NCBI GenBank assembly: GCA_013239625.1
Contig: MU054049.1
Span: 1,067,015-1,131,014 of the forward strand
DNA from: Lama guanicoe
Lineage: Eukaryota
Direction of reading: 5' to 3'
DNA: 64,000 nucleotides
Each line of letters begins with the position of its first letter. Positions within the stretch are counted from its first letter, which is position 1. Positions 1 through 13,417 of the stretch are shown here, piece by piece. The notes beneath the pieces are model-generated. The model ran no database searches and was not told where the DNA came from. It saw nothing but the letters and a program-made list of their open reading frames with translations. The translations under genes were made by a program, and so were the position numbers.

Positions 1-1120
1 GCTCCCCTGCAGCCAGAGGCCTCCTCCTCTCCTGGGTGAGCTGTGCTGGTGTGTCCATCCCCAGTGCACTTAGAGCCCCAGGGCTGCCCAAAGCACTCTG
101 CTCACGCCCCTACCAGCATCCTCCTTACCACTCGGCTCTGTGATTATTTCTGACTGTGATGTCTTTAAGGGCAGCGACAGACTGGAGTTCATCCAAGTCT
201 CTTCCTTCCATGACACGTAGCATTTGTGCTTTGGAAAGATCTGCTGACCTGGAGAGCGCAGCTGTGTCAGGAAGCTGTGCACAGGGAGCCAGCTAAGTGT
301 GCCGCGGGAAAGTGCAGGGTCTCAGGACCCTGGGCAGCCTGCCTGCAGCAGTGACCCTGTCTGCTGTCAGACACCTCAGGACGCAGCCTGAGGAGTGGCA
401 CGCCGTGGCTGTGTGGGGAGCCCCTCTGGGAGCAGGTGAGGCGTGGCTGAGCAGAGGGCTGGCTGCCTTGCCAATCCACCACCACCAGGGAGACAGGCGC
501 CAGCAGCCTGTGCCCAAGAGGGCAGCCTGGCACAGGGCAAGTGCTCAGACTGGACTCAGAGCCTCGTTCTGCTCTTTATCACTCTTGTTGGCAAAAATGT
601 CAACAGCGGGACATCTGGAGCCCCTGTTTTGGGTGCTCTTCATATAACATCTCCTTTAGTCTTACAAGGCTCGTGAAGGAGGCTTTATCATTTCCATCCT
701 GAAGATGGCAAAACCAGAGCCTAGGGGGGCTACTAACTGCAATTGCTCGGATTTCGTCTCAGGCCTGTCTTGCTCCAGGTTCGTGTGGTTTTTCACTCTT
801 TCTACTACCTCTCAACCCCCCTATGTTGGGCCAGTTACATAAACTCTCCATCACCTTCAGCAACCTTCCCTATTGGGGCTTGGAGATTGGCTCCAGGCTC
901 CCCTCTGCCTTCTTTGCAAACGTTCTGGTTAACGCTGGTCCAGGCAGGCAGGCCTCCAGGCTCCAGGGCGTCCCCTCCCACCGTAACCTTAGTCCTTGTC
1001 TGCTATACTCATTGTCAAGGACAGGCACTGGAAGTCAAGGATGGGAGGATTGCCGCGCTGACCCTAGGACCATGAACCTGTTCAAGCAAAGATACGGAAA
1101 GTTTGCCCCACAGCAGGTGT

Positions 1121-1152
1121 TTGTGTGCATGTGTGTGTGTGTGTGTGTGTGT
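1121..1152. repeat. (TG)n microsatellite, imperfect
   Basis: ttgtgtgcatgtgtgtgtgtgtgtgtgtgtgt. Confidence 0.9.
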
Positions 1153-2719
1153 AGATGATTATTTTCTGCATTTCCCCAGACTAATATTTTCTGCTTGTGT
1201 TGAGACATTTTGTAGTGAGCATTGTGGTAGGCTGAGAGTTCCCCTAATTCAGATGTCTCCATAAGACCTTTTGGACCGTGGGCTTTTTCTAAGTGAAAGC
1301 AGCCCGCAGCAGGGTGTGCACCCACACTCAGCAAACCCGGGGCACCTACCTTCAGGTGGCTGTCAACCTACAGTGGGCGGGCAGCCCCACAACAGCCCTG
1401 GCCCCTCCTCCCCTGCCGTCTCAGGAGCACTTGCTTTTATGGCCTTTGCCACACACAGTCCAGGAGACTCCAGGGCATAACCGCCTTCCAGACTTCTAGA
1501 TGGCTCAACCCAGACAGAGGCCTCTAGGGGATGCAGGCAGACCTGGCGCTCCGGGATGGCACCAGCGTAACTCATTTCCTTGCCTGAACATTGGATCTGT
1601 ATTCGCCTCCAGCGATACCTGGGACTGTAATTACTCTGTGCCACTTTTGAGTCATTGATTAATGATTCCGGGAACCACAAACACATTTCTCTGCTACCAG
1701 CTCCATCTGATGTGAGGAGGGGTTTATTTAACGCATGTTAACCGCGGGCTTGCGTCAGCCGCTGTGCACTTGGGGATGGTCCCCTGTAACCCCTCCACGG
1801 AGCTGCTCTCAGAAGTGAGTCTCTGCTGAAAAAATGTGCTTCCAGACCCAGTCCAGAGTCAGAACTCACATGAGTTGTTTTTGCCGTTGCTGTTCCTTTT
1901 AATTACATGAACAATTAAATATTTATAAAGTTTTCATATAAACTCGATATAAAATATTAGTAGAAAAGAATCAGCTCAAAGGGAGATAGTTTTGCTCTGG
2001 ACAGCAGGGTGCAGCTTCAGGCTCTTCCTAGGTGTTTTTAGCTGAGGTCATTTGTAGAAAGTGAAGAAGTGTGTCAACCTTTGCACGTAGTAACTTCCCC
2101 CCACCCCGGGGTGAATCACCGCGGCCAACTTTCTAAAATACAGAACTGCATGTGTCATCACTATATAACACCTTCTGAGACTCTGTTCTGCAAACTTTGT
2201 GCATAAGGCCACTTGTGAGCTGGCTCTGTGCCTCCCTCACCCTTATACAAGCGTGCAACACTTACACATCTGCCTTTGTAGTCTGATTATACAGAACTAC
2301 TTATAATCTCAAAACATGTCCAACTGGCTCAAGATTTTGTGACTTGGGATGTTTGTCCACAGTTTTTATCTTCTTAGCTCCTAACCCCAGCCTTGGGGGA
2401 CACTGCCTTGGGGCCCACTTTTCTGATGTCACCCCTGCGCCCTCTCCCACCCCTGTCTGGGCTGGGCACTCTCCTCTGTGCCCCCAGAGTGCCTGTCCTT
2501 CCCTCCAGCCCCATGCTGTGCCAGGACAGTTGGCATTCTTCTGTCTCTCCTGTTAGACCACGAGCACCACGAAGATGTGCTTTATCTCCCCTTTTGCCTG
2601 CACAGGGCACACGCTAAACATTCGCACTTACCTGTTCAGTGACAGCAAAGGAATGAGTTACAGCGATTCGCTCACAGGAGATGGGACCTCATCTTTCAGA
2701 GCCTTACTGGTGTCCAGGG

Positions 2720-2900
2720 GTCACTTTCTCAGTGTATGGTCTTCGGATCGTCTGCATTAGGATCATCTGGGCTGCCTGTTAAAATGCAGATTCCAGGGAC
2801 CACTCCGCACTTGCTGAATCTGAGCATGTGGCAGTGTAACCTGGGACTGTGGACTTTAACAAGCCACCTGGGCAATTTTCATACATACTAACTTTGTGAA
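2720..2900. mobile_element. MER5-family hAT DNA transposon relic
   Basis: atcatctgggctgcctgttaaaatgcagattccagggacc...tttaacaagccacctgggcaatt resembles the MER5A/B core. Confidence 0.7.
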
Positions 2901-4454
2901 TAAATGTCTGGATCCACAAATCCAAGTTTTACAATATTCTGAGCATCCCTGGCTGGAAATGTGCTCCAACTTCCATCAGTCACCAAAGTGCAGATCCTTA
3001 GTCAACACAGCTTGTGCTATGCGCTGTGCTTTGAGCAGTCCCGGGACTTGGAATCCTTTTCACATTACAAAGGATGGCAGTTTCCATCCTTTCCATCTGG
3101 TCTCCCTGAGCTGGCAGAGAAAGGCTGGAGGCCTGGCTGTCTGCAGGCTCGCCTGTGGAAGTGGCACACGCAGGCAGGCAGGGGGCATCCCTGCTCCTTG
3201 TCTCCAGCTGAAAAGATGGGCTGCCGACAAGTCATCCACGCACTGTAGTTCTTCGCAGATTTGCCAAGTTGGTGTGTGAAAAACAGTATCTCCTTATTGT
3301 TTTAATATCCACTTCCTTGATTACTCATGTGACTGAATACTGCAGCTAGAAGTGATCAATGTAGAAAAAGAGGACGCTTGAGTTCACAGGTAGCCAACAT
3401 CAGTAGAAATGGGCTCTCTCCTCTTTCATACTTTCTCGCAGCAATCTGTGCTTTTTTGAAATATACGGATACTCACCCCATGCACCAGAATAACAGAACA
3501 AATTGCTAGCAAGTTCTGCGTGAGCAGATGTACGGAATGAAAGTGTGATACACTTGAGCAGGGCTAAAGCTTTCTTTAAAGTAGCTGTTGCATACAAGTA
3601 TAAGAAAATGTACACATTAGCTGTATGACTGGGTACCTCATATGGCAGCGCTGAATCTCGCTTTTTCCACCTATAAAACTAGAGAGCATTGCATTAAATT
3701 GCAGATGGATAAAGCTGGAGAAAATCTTTGGGAGCCTCTAGTTGCAGATGTGCACACTGAGGCCTGCCTCTAGAAGACGATGCTGGCATGGGCTTCCACG
3801 GAATGTCCTGGCAAAATGTGGCCCTTCTAACTTCAGCTCTGGCGTTTTGGAATTTCCAGAAAATCTGTTCCTTGTCATACACAGGACCAGGTGTGGCCAC
3901 CCATCCGTGGTGATAATATATCATGTAGCCAATTTGAAAAACATTCTACTTATGAAGCAGAAGTTCCATCCTTTTTAAAGTGATCGATAGACTCACATGG
4001 CGGGGGGGGGGCATTTCTTAATCATGAGATAACTTGTTGATGGAGCCCTCCCAGGGCTAATTTAAATGGAAGAGCAGGTAATAGTTCACTTGGGTTCATT
4101 TTCCACTTTTTAAAATGCCATTCTTTTCTAGCAGAATCGATGTTTAAGCTATTAACCCAGCTCTCACCAGACATTTTTCTTGTGGTTTGGTTTATTCTGG
4201 TTGTTATTTAATTCTCCCCAAAGGAAAACACCAGGAGACCTTGGGAATATGCTGCAGCCCCTGCTGCTGGCACCACAGAGTTCGGGCGAGGGTGGGGCAT
4301 GGCGGGGAGGGGAGCAGTTTAGGAGGTGCCCAGGCCCAGGCTGGTGCCCTGGCTTCACCTCCGACCTTGTTAACTTGAGGATGGAGTATCCTTCGTACGA
4401 ACACATAAGAGAAAGCATATAGAGAGCTTGGCACAGGAGGCGTACACACGCCCC

Positions 4455-4900
4455 AGCAACGCTGGTGGGAGTGTAAACTAGTGTCATCTTGCAGGAGGGC
4501 AGCGTGGCAATAGATCAGAATTTAAAACGCGCACACGCTTGGCATGCAATTCTAGGAATCTAACCTACAGATGGAACTCACGTGTTTAGAGTGACGTATG
4601 CACAAGGATGGTCACTGCAGCATCGCTTGTACTGTCTCAAAACATTTGAAAACAACCCAGATCAATTGGGGATGGGTCAAGTAAGTTGCAGTACATCCGT
4701 GCAAGGGTCCGGTGTGCACCATTTAATAAAAATGAGACAATCGTATAAAAAGTGATTTGGGAGGGTCTGCTAGATGGAGACCTATTGAGGGAAAAAACCT
4801 AGTTGAGGACCAGTCCTTACATGAATATGCCGTTTGTGTAAAAAAAGAGAAAACGTGTAAAACATGCTTATGTAGTCATAGGCTCTCTTTGGGATGGTTG
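4455..4900 (+). mobile_element. Ancient L1 (L1ME-like) 3' fragment
   Basis: gctggtgggagtgtaaactag...gcaattctaggaatctaacctacag resembles the L1 ORF2 end/3'UTR. Confidence 0.6.
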
Positions 4901-5399
4901 AACAAGGTTTGTTTGTGCAGGTTTCTGTTGGCCTGACTCCCTGTCTCTGGTGATAATATTCCTTCCCTCCTGGCAGAGGGGGTTTTGTCACATGGGGTTG
5001 ACCTCCCGCTTTGGGGAAGAAAAGAGGAGGTGGGAGTGCCCGTCTTGTGCCTGCTGTGTTTCAAGGGTCTTTAACTCAGAATAATACTTACGCCAAAATA
5101 GCAGATTTGGGGGTGGCATATGCAGTGCCCTTCCACATTCTAAGGCAGTACTGGTGGTGGCCTCTGGGCGCGGCTTCTAGGGAAGCTGGGAACACCACTC
5201 AGTTGCCTAAGTCCCAAGGTAGACACGTGTCCTCCGTCTTTCCTTTCAGTTTGTCTAGTAGCAGCTCCTGTCGATGCTACCTGTTCTTGTTTAGATTCAC
5301 CCACTTCTCCTCTTCCTCCTGCTTCCCTCCACCACCCGCATCCCATCCGCCAACCTTCCTCCCCAGGACACTGACACAGCCACGTGACCGATCACCCTC

Positions 5400-5936
5400 C
5401 TGCCACTCTCAAGGCCCAGGAGCCAGTGTCACCTTTTAGAAGTGACCCCTGCTGCAGCTTTCTGTTGCAACCAGAATAAAACCCAGTGCCCTTACCAAAG
5501 CATCTAAGGCCCCCATGATCTGGGCACTCTGGCTTTCCAGCGCCACCTCAGCCGCACTGATCTCTCTCCTGCTCCCTGAATCTGTCCTTCCTGCCTCGAG
5601 GCTCTGAGTTGGATGTTCCCTTTCCCCGAAATGCTCTTCTCCCAGCTTTTCCATGACTGCCCCATTCCACCCTTCAGCCTCAGGATTTGTCTAAAATAGC
5701 ATCCTTTCTCTCTGCCTTATCATCACCGGCCTGTTCTTTTCCTCTCAGCACATATCGCAGTCTGTAACAGTCTATCGGTTGACGTGTATTTCTACTCTTC
5801 ATCCTCCCCCAGGAGGGTAAGATTCTTGTTCATCTTGTCTGTCCTTCGATCCCCGAAGCCTGGCTCAGGGCCTGGCATGTACTAGGCGCTGAATCCATGA
5901 CTGTTGAACAGATGAACATCTGGATGAATGAATGAA
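5400..5936 (+). mobile_element. L2 3' fragment
   Basis: agaataaaacccagtgccctta...cctggcatgtactaggcgctgaat...gatgaatgaatgaa, typical L2 tail. Confidence 0.7.
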
Positions 5937-7524
5937 GTTGGCAATGAGTCCATCTTGAGCTGTGACCGCAGGTGCTTTGGGGACCAATTCCTCTGATAAA
6001 GTTCAGGCAGGAGAGGCCGAGAGAGCCAGCTGCCTGCCGCAGGCTTGGGCTACAGGAACCACGACCCTCAGTGACTCCACACTTAGGAAAGATAGTTCAG
6101 TGACACCTTGTCCTGTATCGTAGTGGTTCATGCTTGTCTTGGAATGTAACCTCAGTGAATCTGCGCTTCCTGGCCTTGGCGCTCACTTTGACTAATCCGT
6201 CTGATTCAGGGGCATGAGAGCTGGTACCCAGGGCTTCTTTTGAGGTTTCACCACTGTGGCCCCATCATTGCTCCCAAAGATGAGCAGGGAGCTTAGCTTC
6301 AATCCCAGGCTCTGCCAGTTACTCTGGTGAGATTCTTATCTCTGGGACTTTTTAAAAAAAATCTCTAAATTAGAGTTCTAAAACCAGCCAGGCCCAAGTG
6401 TAAGGATTATCTGCTTAATGTGCATAAGATGTTTACTGCGGTCATATAGTAGGTAGTCCAGAAAATACCAGCTCCTCTTTAGTATAACTGGAGTTAGCAC
6501 GGAATTACCCTGAGAAAGTGTTGGTCCTGGCCTCACTCGGGTCCATCTGGGCTCCCATCATCTAGAATTCCTGCCTTCCCTGCCTCGTTCCTTCAGAGAT
6601 TAATTCCATGAATGGACGCACCTAGTCTTTCCATCATGCAGGACTCTGGGTCATACCAGACATTATAGCAGGTCAGTATCCCTAGAAAGCCAGCTGTGAG
6701 CCAGAGATGTGCAGGCAGAACGTTTACTGGGAGCGTGGGTCCCAGGACCGAGTGGAGGGTGGAGGGGAACTCCACTGCCGGCTCAGTGAGGGCCCCGCTG
6801 ATCCCACAGGAGCTCAGAGTTGACCTGAATTGAGGCAAAGGGTCTGGCCCTTCCTTCTCTGCACTGACTGGTTGTTGGGAACCGATGGGGATGTGACCTT
6901 TGACCAGGTGCTCTCTGTAGCTGAGGCGACGCTGGAAAACTGCCAGCATCTTCAGTGGCTGAGAGAACACACTTGAGTCAGAAAGGAGGGGTCAGGAGCA
7001 TCTCATGCCTCCTCTGCACACACCTTGGACCGGCCTTGGCCTTGGAGACAGCAGTACCAGTCTTGCCCTTGTGGTTCCAGGCAGACCCAGGTCCAGTCCC
7101 GGCTCAGCCACTTTCCAGCTGGTCCCTGGACAAGCTCCCTCGCCTCTGTAACTGAAGGATGCCTCGTATCTTGAACACTTTGTTCACTGTTCACTGAGGA
7201 GCGTTTTGCACAGTTGTGGGGGAGCTTAAAGTGAGAGAAAAAATGTCAACGTGATCAAAAGAGCAATAAACACTCATCCGTGTGCCTCGGTGGGGATACG
7301 GGTGGCTGTGGGTAGATGAAATAACTAAACAGCGTGTTGGGGGTAGAAGGGCCACTTACACTGTGATGAGCAGTGCCCTGGGGCAGCGGCTCTGTCATTC
7401 TCACGGGTGCCACTCTCACCTCCGAGTGCCCGATGGGTGGCCAGCCACCGCCCTCCTGTCCTCCATAAGGAGATGAGCATGCTTCACTTGCACATGGCCT
7501 GACTCTGGTGCTGTCTCCCTCCAG

Positions 7525-7673
7525 GTGACACAGAAGTACTCTCTGGTGATCGTGCAGGGCCATCTGGTCTGCGAAGGGCTCCTGCTCTTTGGCCAACAAC
7601 ACTTCTACGTCTGCGAGAACTTCACGCTCTCTCCTGTGGGTGACGTCTATTGCACCCGCCACTGCTTATCCAA
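7525..7673 (+). CDS. WDFY4: WDFY4 exon (PH-like domain), VTQKYSLVIVQGHLVCEGLLLFGQQHFYVCENFTLSPVGDVYCTRHCLS(N)
   Basis: Acceptor ctgtctccctccag|GTG, donor CAA|gtgagt; 149 nt, phase 0-2. Confidence 0.93.
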
Positions 7674-8572
7674 GTGAGTGCCCTCCCCTCCCAGCAGATT
7701 CGTCCCTGAGCCCCACCACCCGCACTTCTACGCCTCCCACACTTCTACGCCTCCCACCTTGTCCTTACTGTGGACTTCGGTGCGGGCCGCAAACTGAGCC
7801 ATGAGATAAAACAAATGAACCTTAAGGCACAGGCAGCCACAATTGTGGTTCCCCAAAGCTGAAATCTGGAGCAGTTAACAACGTGGCCATTCTCCAAGCC
7901 TCTCCTGGTGTGGGATGCCCCGCAGGATGGGGGGATTGCTCCTTAGGTGATTTGGGTAATAGAATCCAGTCCCATCAGGTTACTCACTCAACACCTTCTT
8001 CCTTGTTCACGGTTTTATAAGACATCAGGCAATGTCCCTTCATGCCCACAAGGGACATAGGTGCAATCGGCAGTGTAAACAGGTTCTTTTGGATAGAGTT
8101 GGGAGCACGCTGTCAAGGGACAACTTACATGTGTGTGGGAGGACTCTTTGAGGCTCCCACTTGGAGAACTGGCATGGGGCTGGTGGGGTGAGGGACAGCT
8201 ACTTGAGGAAGTAGGCTGAGATCTGAGTCTTGAAGGATGGGTGAGATTTGGGTAGAAATTTAAAGAGTCATTTTTACACCAACTAATATCAGAGGTCTTT
8301 GGCAGCAAACTCCAAGGTTCTTCTTTAGGATTAAATGTATTTGATCTCTTTGGGTTCAGTCAGCTCTCATGGATGGATTCCCCCGTGTTTATAAAGCACA
8401 GTCATTCAAAATCAAATTGATTGTGTTTGTACTTCCGCTAAAAGTTCTGTTGTCAAGTTGTATGTTTTCATCACTTACAAAGAAATTCGGATGAAAATTT
8501 CTCTGTCCAGATGTAGGCCTTGATTTTTCTGGTTAGCCAAGTCTCAAGTGAAGACAAGATGACCTCTTAGCC

Positions 8573-8749
8573 CAGTGGCTCTCAAACTAATTTGCATCGA
8601 ATCACCTGGAGGGCTTGTTAAAACAGACTTCTGGGACCCACCATTATCCCAGTTCCTAATCTGGGAGGTCTGGGTTAGGGTTTGAGATTTCAGCCAGCTC
8701 TCAGCTAGTACTGACGCTATTGGTCTGGGACCACACTTGGAGAACCGCG
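8573..8749. mobile_element. MER5A hAT DNA transposon
   Basis: Termini cagtggctctcaaact / ttggagaaccgcg; core gaatcacctggagggcttgttaaaacaga. Confidence 0.8.
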
Positions 8750-9884
8750 GACAGAGTAGCCAGTCTTACCTGCCAGTAACTAAGAATTTAAGCCCCAGGT
8801 GTCATGTCATTTCTAGCTTATGTCAGGAAGCAAGAGTTTAAGGAGTCTGGAAGGGTAGATGGCAGCCCACCCTCCTTTGATTCAGGTTCGCTTTAAAATG
8901 CTTGGCATTTTTTCTCTCTGCTAATTTCCATCTTTTATTCATATCAGACGTTCACCGATTGCAGTGAGTCTTCTGTGCTTTTCCAAGGCAGAAGCATAAT
9001 TAATACTTGGCACACTCCTCCCATCTTATTGCTCATGTTTTATTGATACTGATCAATATGGACAATGGATCTGCAGACTCGCCTTTCTGAGAGCGGATGA
9101 AAGCTTTCTTTCTACCTATATGCATGGCATGCCCATGTAATGACTGCATAATCCATTGCTTCACTCTCCACCTCTGGTTTAAATTGAGTTAGTGTTTAGA
9201 TAAGATCTTATTGATTAGGTAAATTGTGTTTATGAGGTGCATGTAATCACGATCGAATTGACTATCTGCACTTTTAATAGAAGCCCGGGCTTCAGGTTGG
9301 ATGCACTCGCTTGCTTTGCAATGACAAGGGAGACTTCCCATGTCTGGAAATGTGCTCTTCTAGAATGCAAGTAGGAGTGTCGTGAGAACAAATTACTGCC
9401 TTGGAATGTCATGTGGGAATTGCATAGGAAATTTTAGTCTCCATACCTCAAAGAAGAGTTTGTTAACCAGACCATGCTTCCTCTCGGCAGTCTTGTATAC
9501 TGCCTGAGAAACTGCTGGCGCTCGTGGAGATGTGACTCTCAGAGATGGACTATTAGATCACGTCAGATCAATGGGGATTAAGTCTTATTTTGACCATGGA
9601 GACTAAGGAAGGTACATAAATAAGCCAGTTAAAAATAAAGCTAAGTCAACTCTGAAATGTTTCTCTAAAAGACTGCCATAAATTTGAGTGTAGTTGAGCA
9701 TTAGACCTTGAAAGAGGCTCTCTGATGGACCATAAAAATATCCCAAATAAAACTCAAGAACACTGCAAGTCCTCCAGCAGTGATTGGACTTGTGTACTTT
9801 GGAACTTCCCTCAGAAAGTAAGAACCTTTCTAGAAGGTTACATTTTGCTTCCGATGGGACCCCTTCTTGGCTGAATAGGGTGAC

Positions 9885-10328
9885 CGTATTAGTTTGCTAG
9901 AGCTGCTGTAACAAAGTGTCAAAACCTGGGTGGCTTTGAAAAAACAGAAATTTGCTGTCTCACCATTCTGGAGGCTAGAAGTCTGAAATCAAGGTGTCAG
10001 GAGGCCACGTTCCTGCTGCAGCTTTGGGGGAGGAGCCTTCCCTGCCTCTTCGAGCTGCTTGTGCTTCCTGGCAATCCTCAGCGGCCCATGGCTTGTAGAT
10101 GCATCACTCCGGTCACATGGCATCTCCTCCCTGTGTGTCTTCACGTGATCTTCCCTCTGTGGGTCTTTCCCCTTTACATGAGGAGACTGGTCATACTGGA
10201 TTAGGGCCTGTCTTAATCACCTCACCTTATTACCTCCATGATTTACTTCAAATAAAGTCACATCCTGAGGTTCTGAGGGTTAGGACTTCAACATATGTCT
10301 TTTGAGGGTCACAGTTCTACTTCTGACA
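9885..10328 (-). mobile_element. MLT1 (MaLR) solo LTR
   Basis: gtattagtttgctagagctgctgtaacaaag...ttctggaggctagaagtctgaaatcaaggtgtcag...gggttaggacttcaacatatg, diagnostic of MLT1. Confidence 0.85.
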
Positions 10329-13296
10329 GCCAAACTCACAAGGTATATAGCTTTTGATTCATTTGGTGGGAATCCAAACCATCCAACTGGCTCTTCACGA
10401 TGGGGTGCTTTTAATTAGGTATTTCCTTCACATCAGTCAGCAGTTTTAAGGCATCCCTTCTCTGTTTAATTCAATTCAACAAATACTTACTGAAAATCTG
10501 TCTTGTACCAGCACTGTGGTAGACTCCACAGATACAGAGATCACTCAGATGTGGGCTGAGTCTGGTAAAGAGTTTGTGACCTAGTGCATGATTTGGGTAT
10601 AAATTCCAGGTGTCAATTCTGACAGTCATTGGATACATTCAAATGTGGGGCAAATCAAAGTACATTTTAGTCTGAAATCCACTTCTGTTACCAAAAACTA
10701 GGTCAATCAATATCATAATTATCCGTTAGCTTACTGTGATCTTCCTAGTTAAGAATATTAAAAGATATGTTATGACCACATTGGTCAATTTGCATATTTT
10801 GTGACAGCTGTCATGCAAGAGCTGTGAACAGCATCCTTTGACTGATGGCCACAGCCCCACCTAAAGAAGAACATGGGTTGGCTGTTTCTTTCTACTCATT
10901 GACCTTGGGGGCCTGAACTCTGATGTAGTGCACAGAAAATGTAGAATATAGTGCTGGCAAAGACACCCAGTTGTAGCTGTGTGACTAATGCTGTATAAGA
11001 CGGAACTCCGATCGGGACCCTCCATCAGGGGTCAGTCCCATTTTCACAATTTAATTTTCATAAGAAATTGGGTCTGTCTGAGCATTCCTGCTCTAAGTGG
11101 TTATTCAGTCCCTACAAGCAATAGAAGAATTAACGTCTTTCCTCCTAAAAGCTCCTTCCTAAAGCATTTTCCAGGGGGTTATTCCTCAGGTCACAACTAT
11201 TTCAGAGTCCTGGTTGAGAATCAGCACAGAGGACACTAAAAAGCGGGGAGCTCCAGAGAGGAGCTGTGTCAGTGCCCGCCAGCCTGTCCGCCTTGGGAGA
11301 GCAGGTGCTGTGTGTGAGCTTGGGTGTTAGACTCAAGAGGACAGGGCTTGGAATTCAGTTCCACATGAAAAAGTCTCTTCTCTTCTTTGGAATGCAGTTT
11401 CCTGATATCTGAGAGGGGAATGTTAATCACACATGCTCAGCAAGGGGTTGGTGTGCGGATCCAATTAAACAACAGACAGGGAAGTGCTGGACGGGCTGTA
11501 GATTTGGGGCAGTGGTCAGTCTAGAGCAGATGTGGAGGGTGAGATCTGTGGACGTGGTCTGTTTCCCCACGAACTCACTCATAGTCAGCTGGGGAGAGAA
11601 ACCAACCAAAGATGCGGCTAAGGTATGGAGGATGTTCTCTGTGGTCCCCCCCCAAGCGTGGGGGCTGCAGGACCACAGAGGAGTCATCATCGTCACTGCC
11701 ACCAGTGCCTTCACCTGGGATGCTGTTTGGCCTCAGTCAAGGGTAGGAACCAGTTACTTCTCTGGCCTCACTGGTAGTCAGAGAAGTTTAGGTGAAGCTC
11801 AGCTTAGCCCCAGGGGGAAGCATTAATAACGGACAGAGGGCCTCAGCCAGCAGTAGGTTTGAATGAAAGCATCCAGGCAGAAGCATCCGAACCAAAGCCA
11901 CATTTGTGTTTGATCAGTCCTCCAGCAGTGTGGCCCAGAGCAGGGCCCTGAGAGAATTGTTGGAAGAAGGGGCGGTAGGACCTGCAAAGGGTTTGAGTCC
12001 ACTCGGGGGTGCTGAGTAGCAGGCCCAGATGGTGTCCCACACCAGTAACCTTGCAGTCTACCCGGTAGGGACCATTCTGCATAGCACGCAATGCTGAGCT
12101 CTTAGCACTGTGGACACTGGGCCACCACCACCAACCGCTGAGTGGAGAAGTCTCGCCGGCCTACGTGAGGGCCTGATCTCTCTCTATTTCCCCCAGAAGC
12201 ATGGTCTGCCCTGTAAGCTGGGCGGCGAGGGCCGCACCGGAGCTGGGGTCGGAGGAGGTGGAACACATTCCTGCAACCTTGTGCTGGAGTGAGGGCTCTT
12301 CGGCTCTGTGATGGATACGCAGATTTCTCGAGGGCTGAGGTGCTTGGGAGACCCTTGCTTTCTCAAGTCCTAAAAGGGTGTTTTATCTGAGCTTTTGTGG
12401 TCATTTACACAATGTAAAATTGCTGCTCAACTTGGATATTCAGAAAAGTTACCGTCCATAACCGAAATCAAATTTATTTCTCAAGTCCCCATTTGTTTTG
12501 CGGGTGGGAAGTTCATCTGGTTGGTTATTGAAAGGCATTTCAGTTACTTCTGGTGCAGAAATTGTTCTCTTTGCGATACTTAGTCAAATTCATGAATCGC
12601 CCTCCCCCGACCTTTCTTCCCAAGGCGAGTCAGTATGACCTCTGGAGACGGCAGCTGGCCTGGCCCCGCGCCCATCCTCTGCTCTCAGCTACGACGTCAC
12701 TAGTCCCTGGCTTCAGGCACAGTGCCCTGGGGTCCACCAGTGAGGCTGTGGTCCTTATCTTTCAGCCCATCAGCTCTCAGCCCTGTCGCCCACCTCTTTG
12801 GGGGCTCAGAGTTTTCTGTCACTTTCTCCCATTTTACACTGGGTGCCACCCCAACGCCTGGTCCACCCTGGGCTCCACGCTGCCCGAGGCTGTGCTGAAC
12901 ACAGGCTTGTCATCTTCCTGCCCTGCGTCTCAGGAGCTTGAAACTTCTGCAGACCTCACTGCATATCTCCTCCATTCTTCACTCATCCTCTCAACCCATT
13001 TCTGACCCCTGTGCCCAGAGCCTTTTCACCCTTATGCTCTGCACCCTGTGTCACTGTCTGTCCTGGAGGCAGTCCCCTTGCCTTGCTGTCCCCTCGTCTG
13101 GTGTGGCCGGTGCTTCACCTATTCCTCAGGGCAGGCTGACCCAGACAGGGCTTATTGGGTCAGAGGGCTCTGGCACCGGTTGGCAGTGGCCTTAGGTCTC
13201 CTCCCATGTGTCTTACAGTCTCAGGCGGGGCCACAGGGCAGGGAGGGGACAGGCCCGCCAGATGCCCCCTCACTGTGTGGCTCGCTTCCTTTCCAG

Positions 13297-13417
13297 CATC
13301 AGCGATCCGTTCATCTTCAACATGTGCAGCAAAGATAGGTCCTCCGACCACTACTCATGCCAGCGCCACAGCTACAGTGACCTCAGGGAGCTCCGGCAAG
13401 CTCGCTTCCTCCTGCAG
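13297..13417 (+). CDS. WDFY4: WDFY4 exon, (N)ISDPFIFNMCSKDRSSDHYSCQRHSYSDLRELRQARFLLQ
   Basis: Acceptor cttcctttccag|C, donor CAG|gtatgc; 121 nt, phase 2-0; RFLLQ motif typical of the PH domain preceding BEACH. Confidence 0.94.

Noticed and set aside
1..7524. Additional upstream WDFY4 exon or independent ORFs (e.g. 297-647, 2896-3279, 5011-5439)
   Set aside because: No WDFY4-like peptide or recognisable domain; these look like chance ORFs in GC-rich intron and repeats.
7255..7662. 135-aa minus-strand ORF
   Set aside because: Antisense shadow of the WDFY4 exon 7525-7673; no independent homology recognised.
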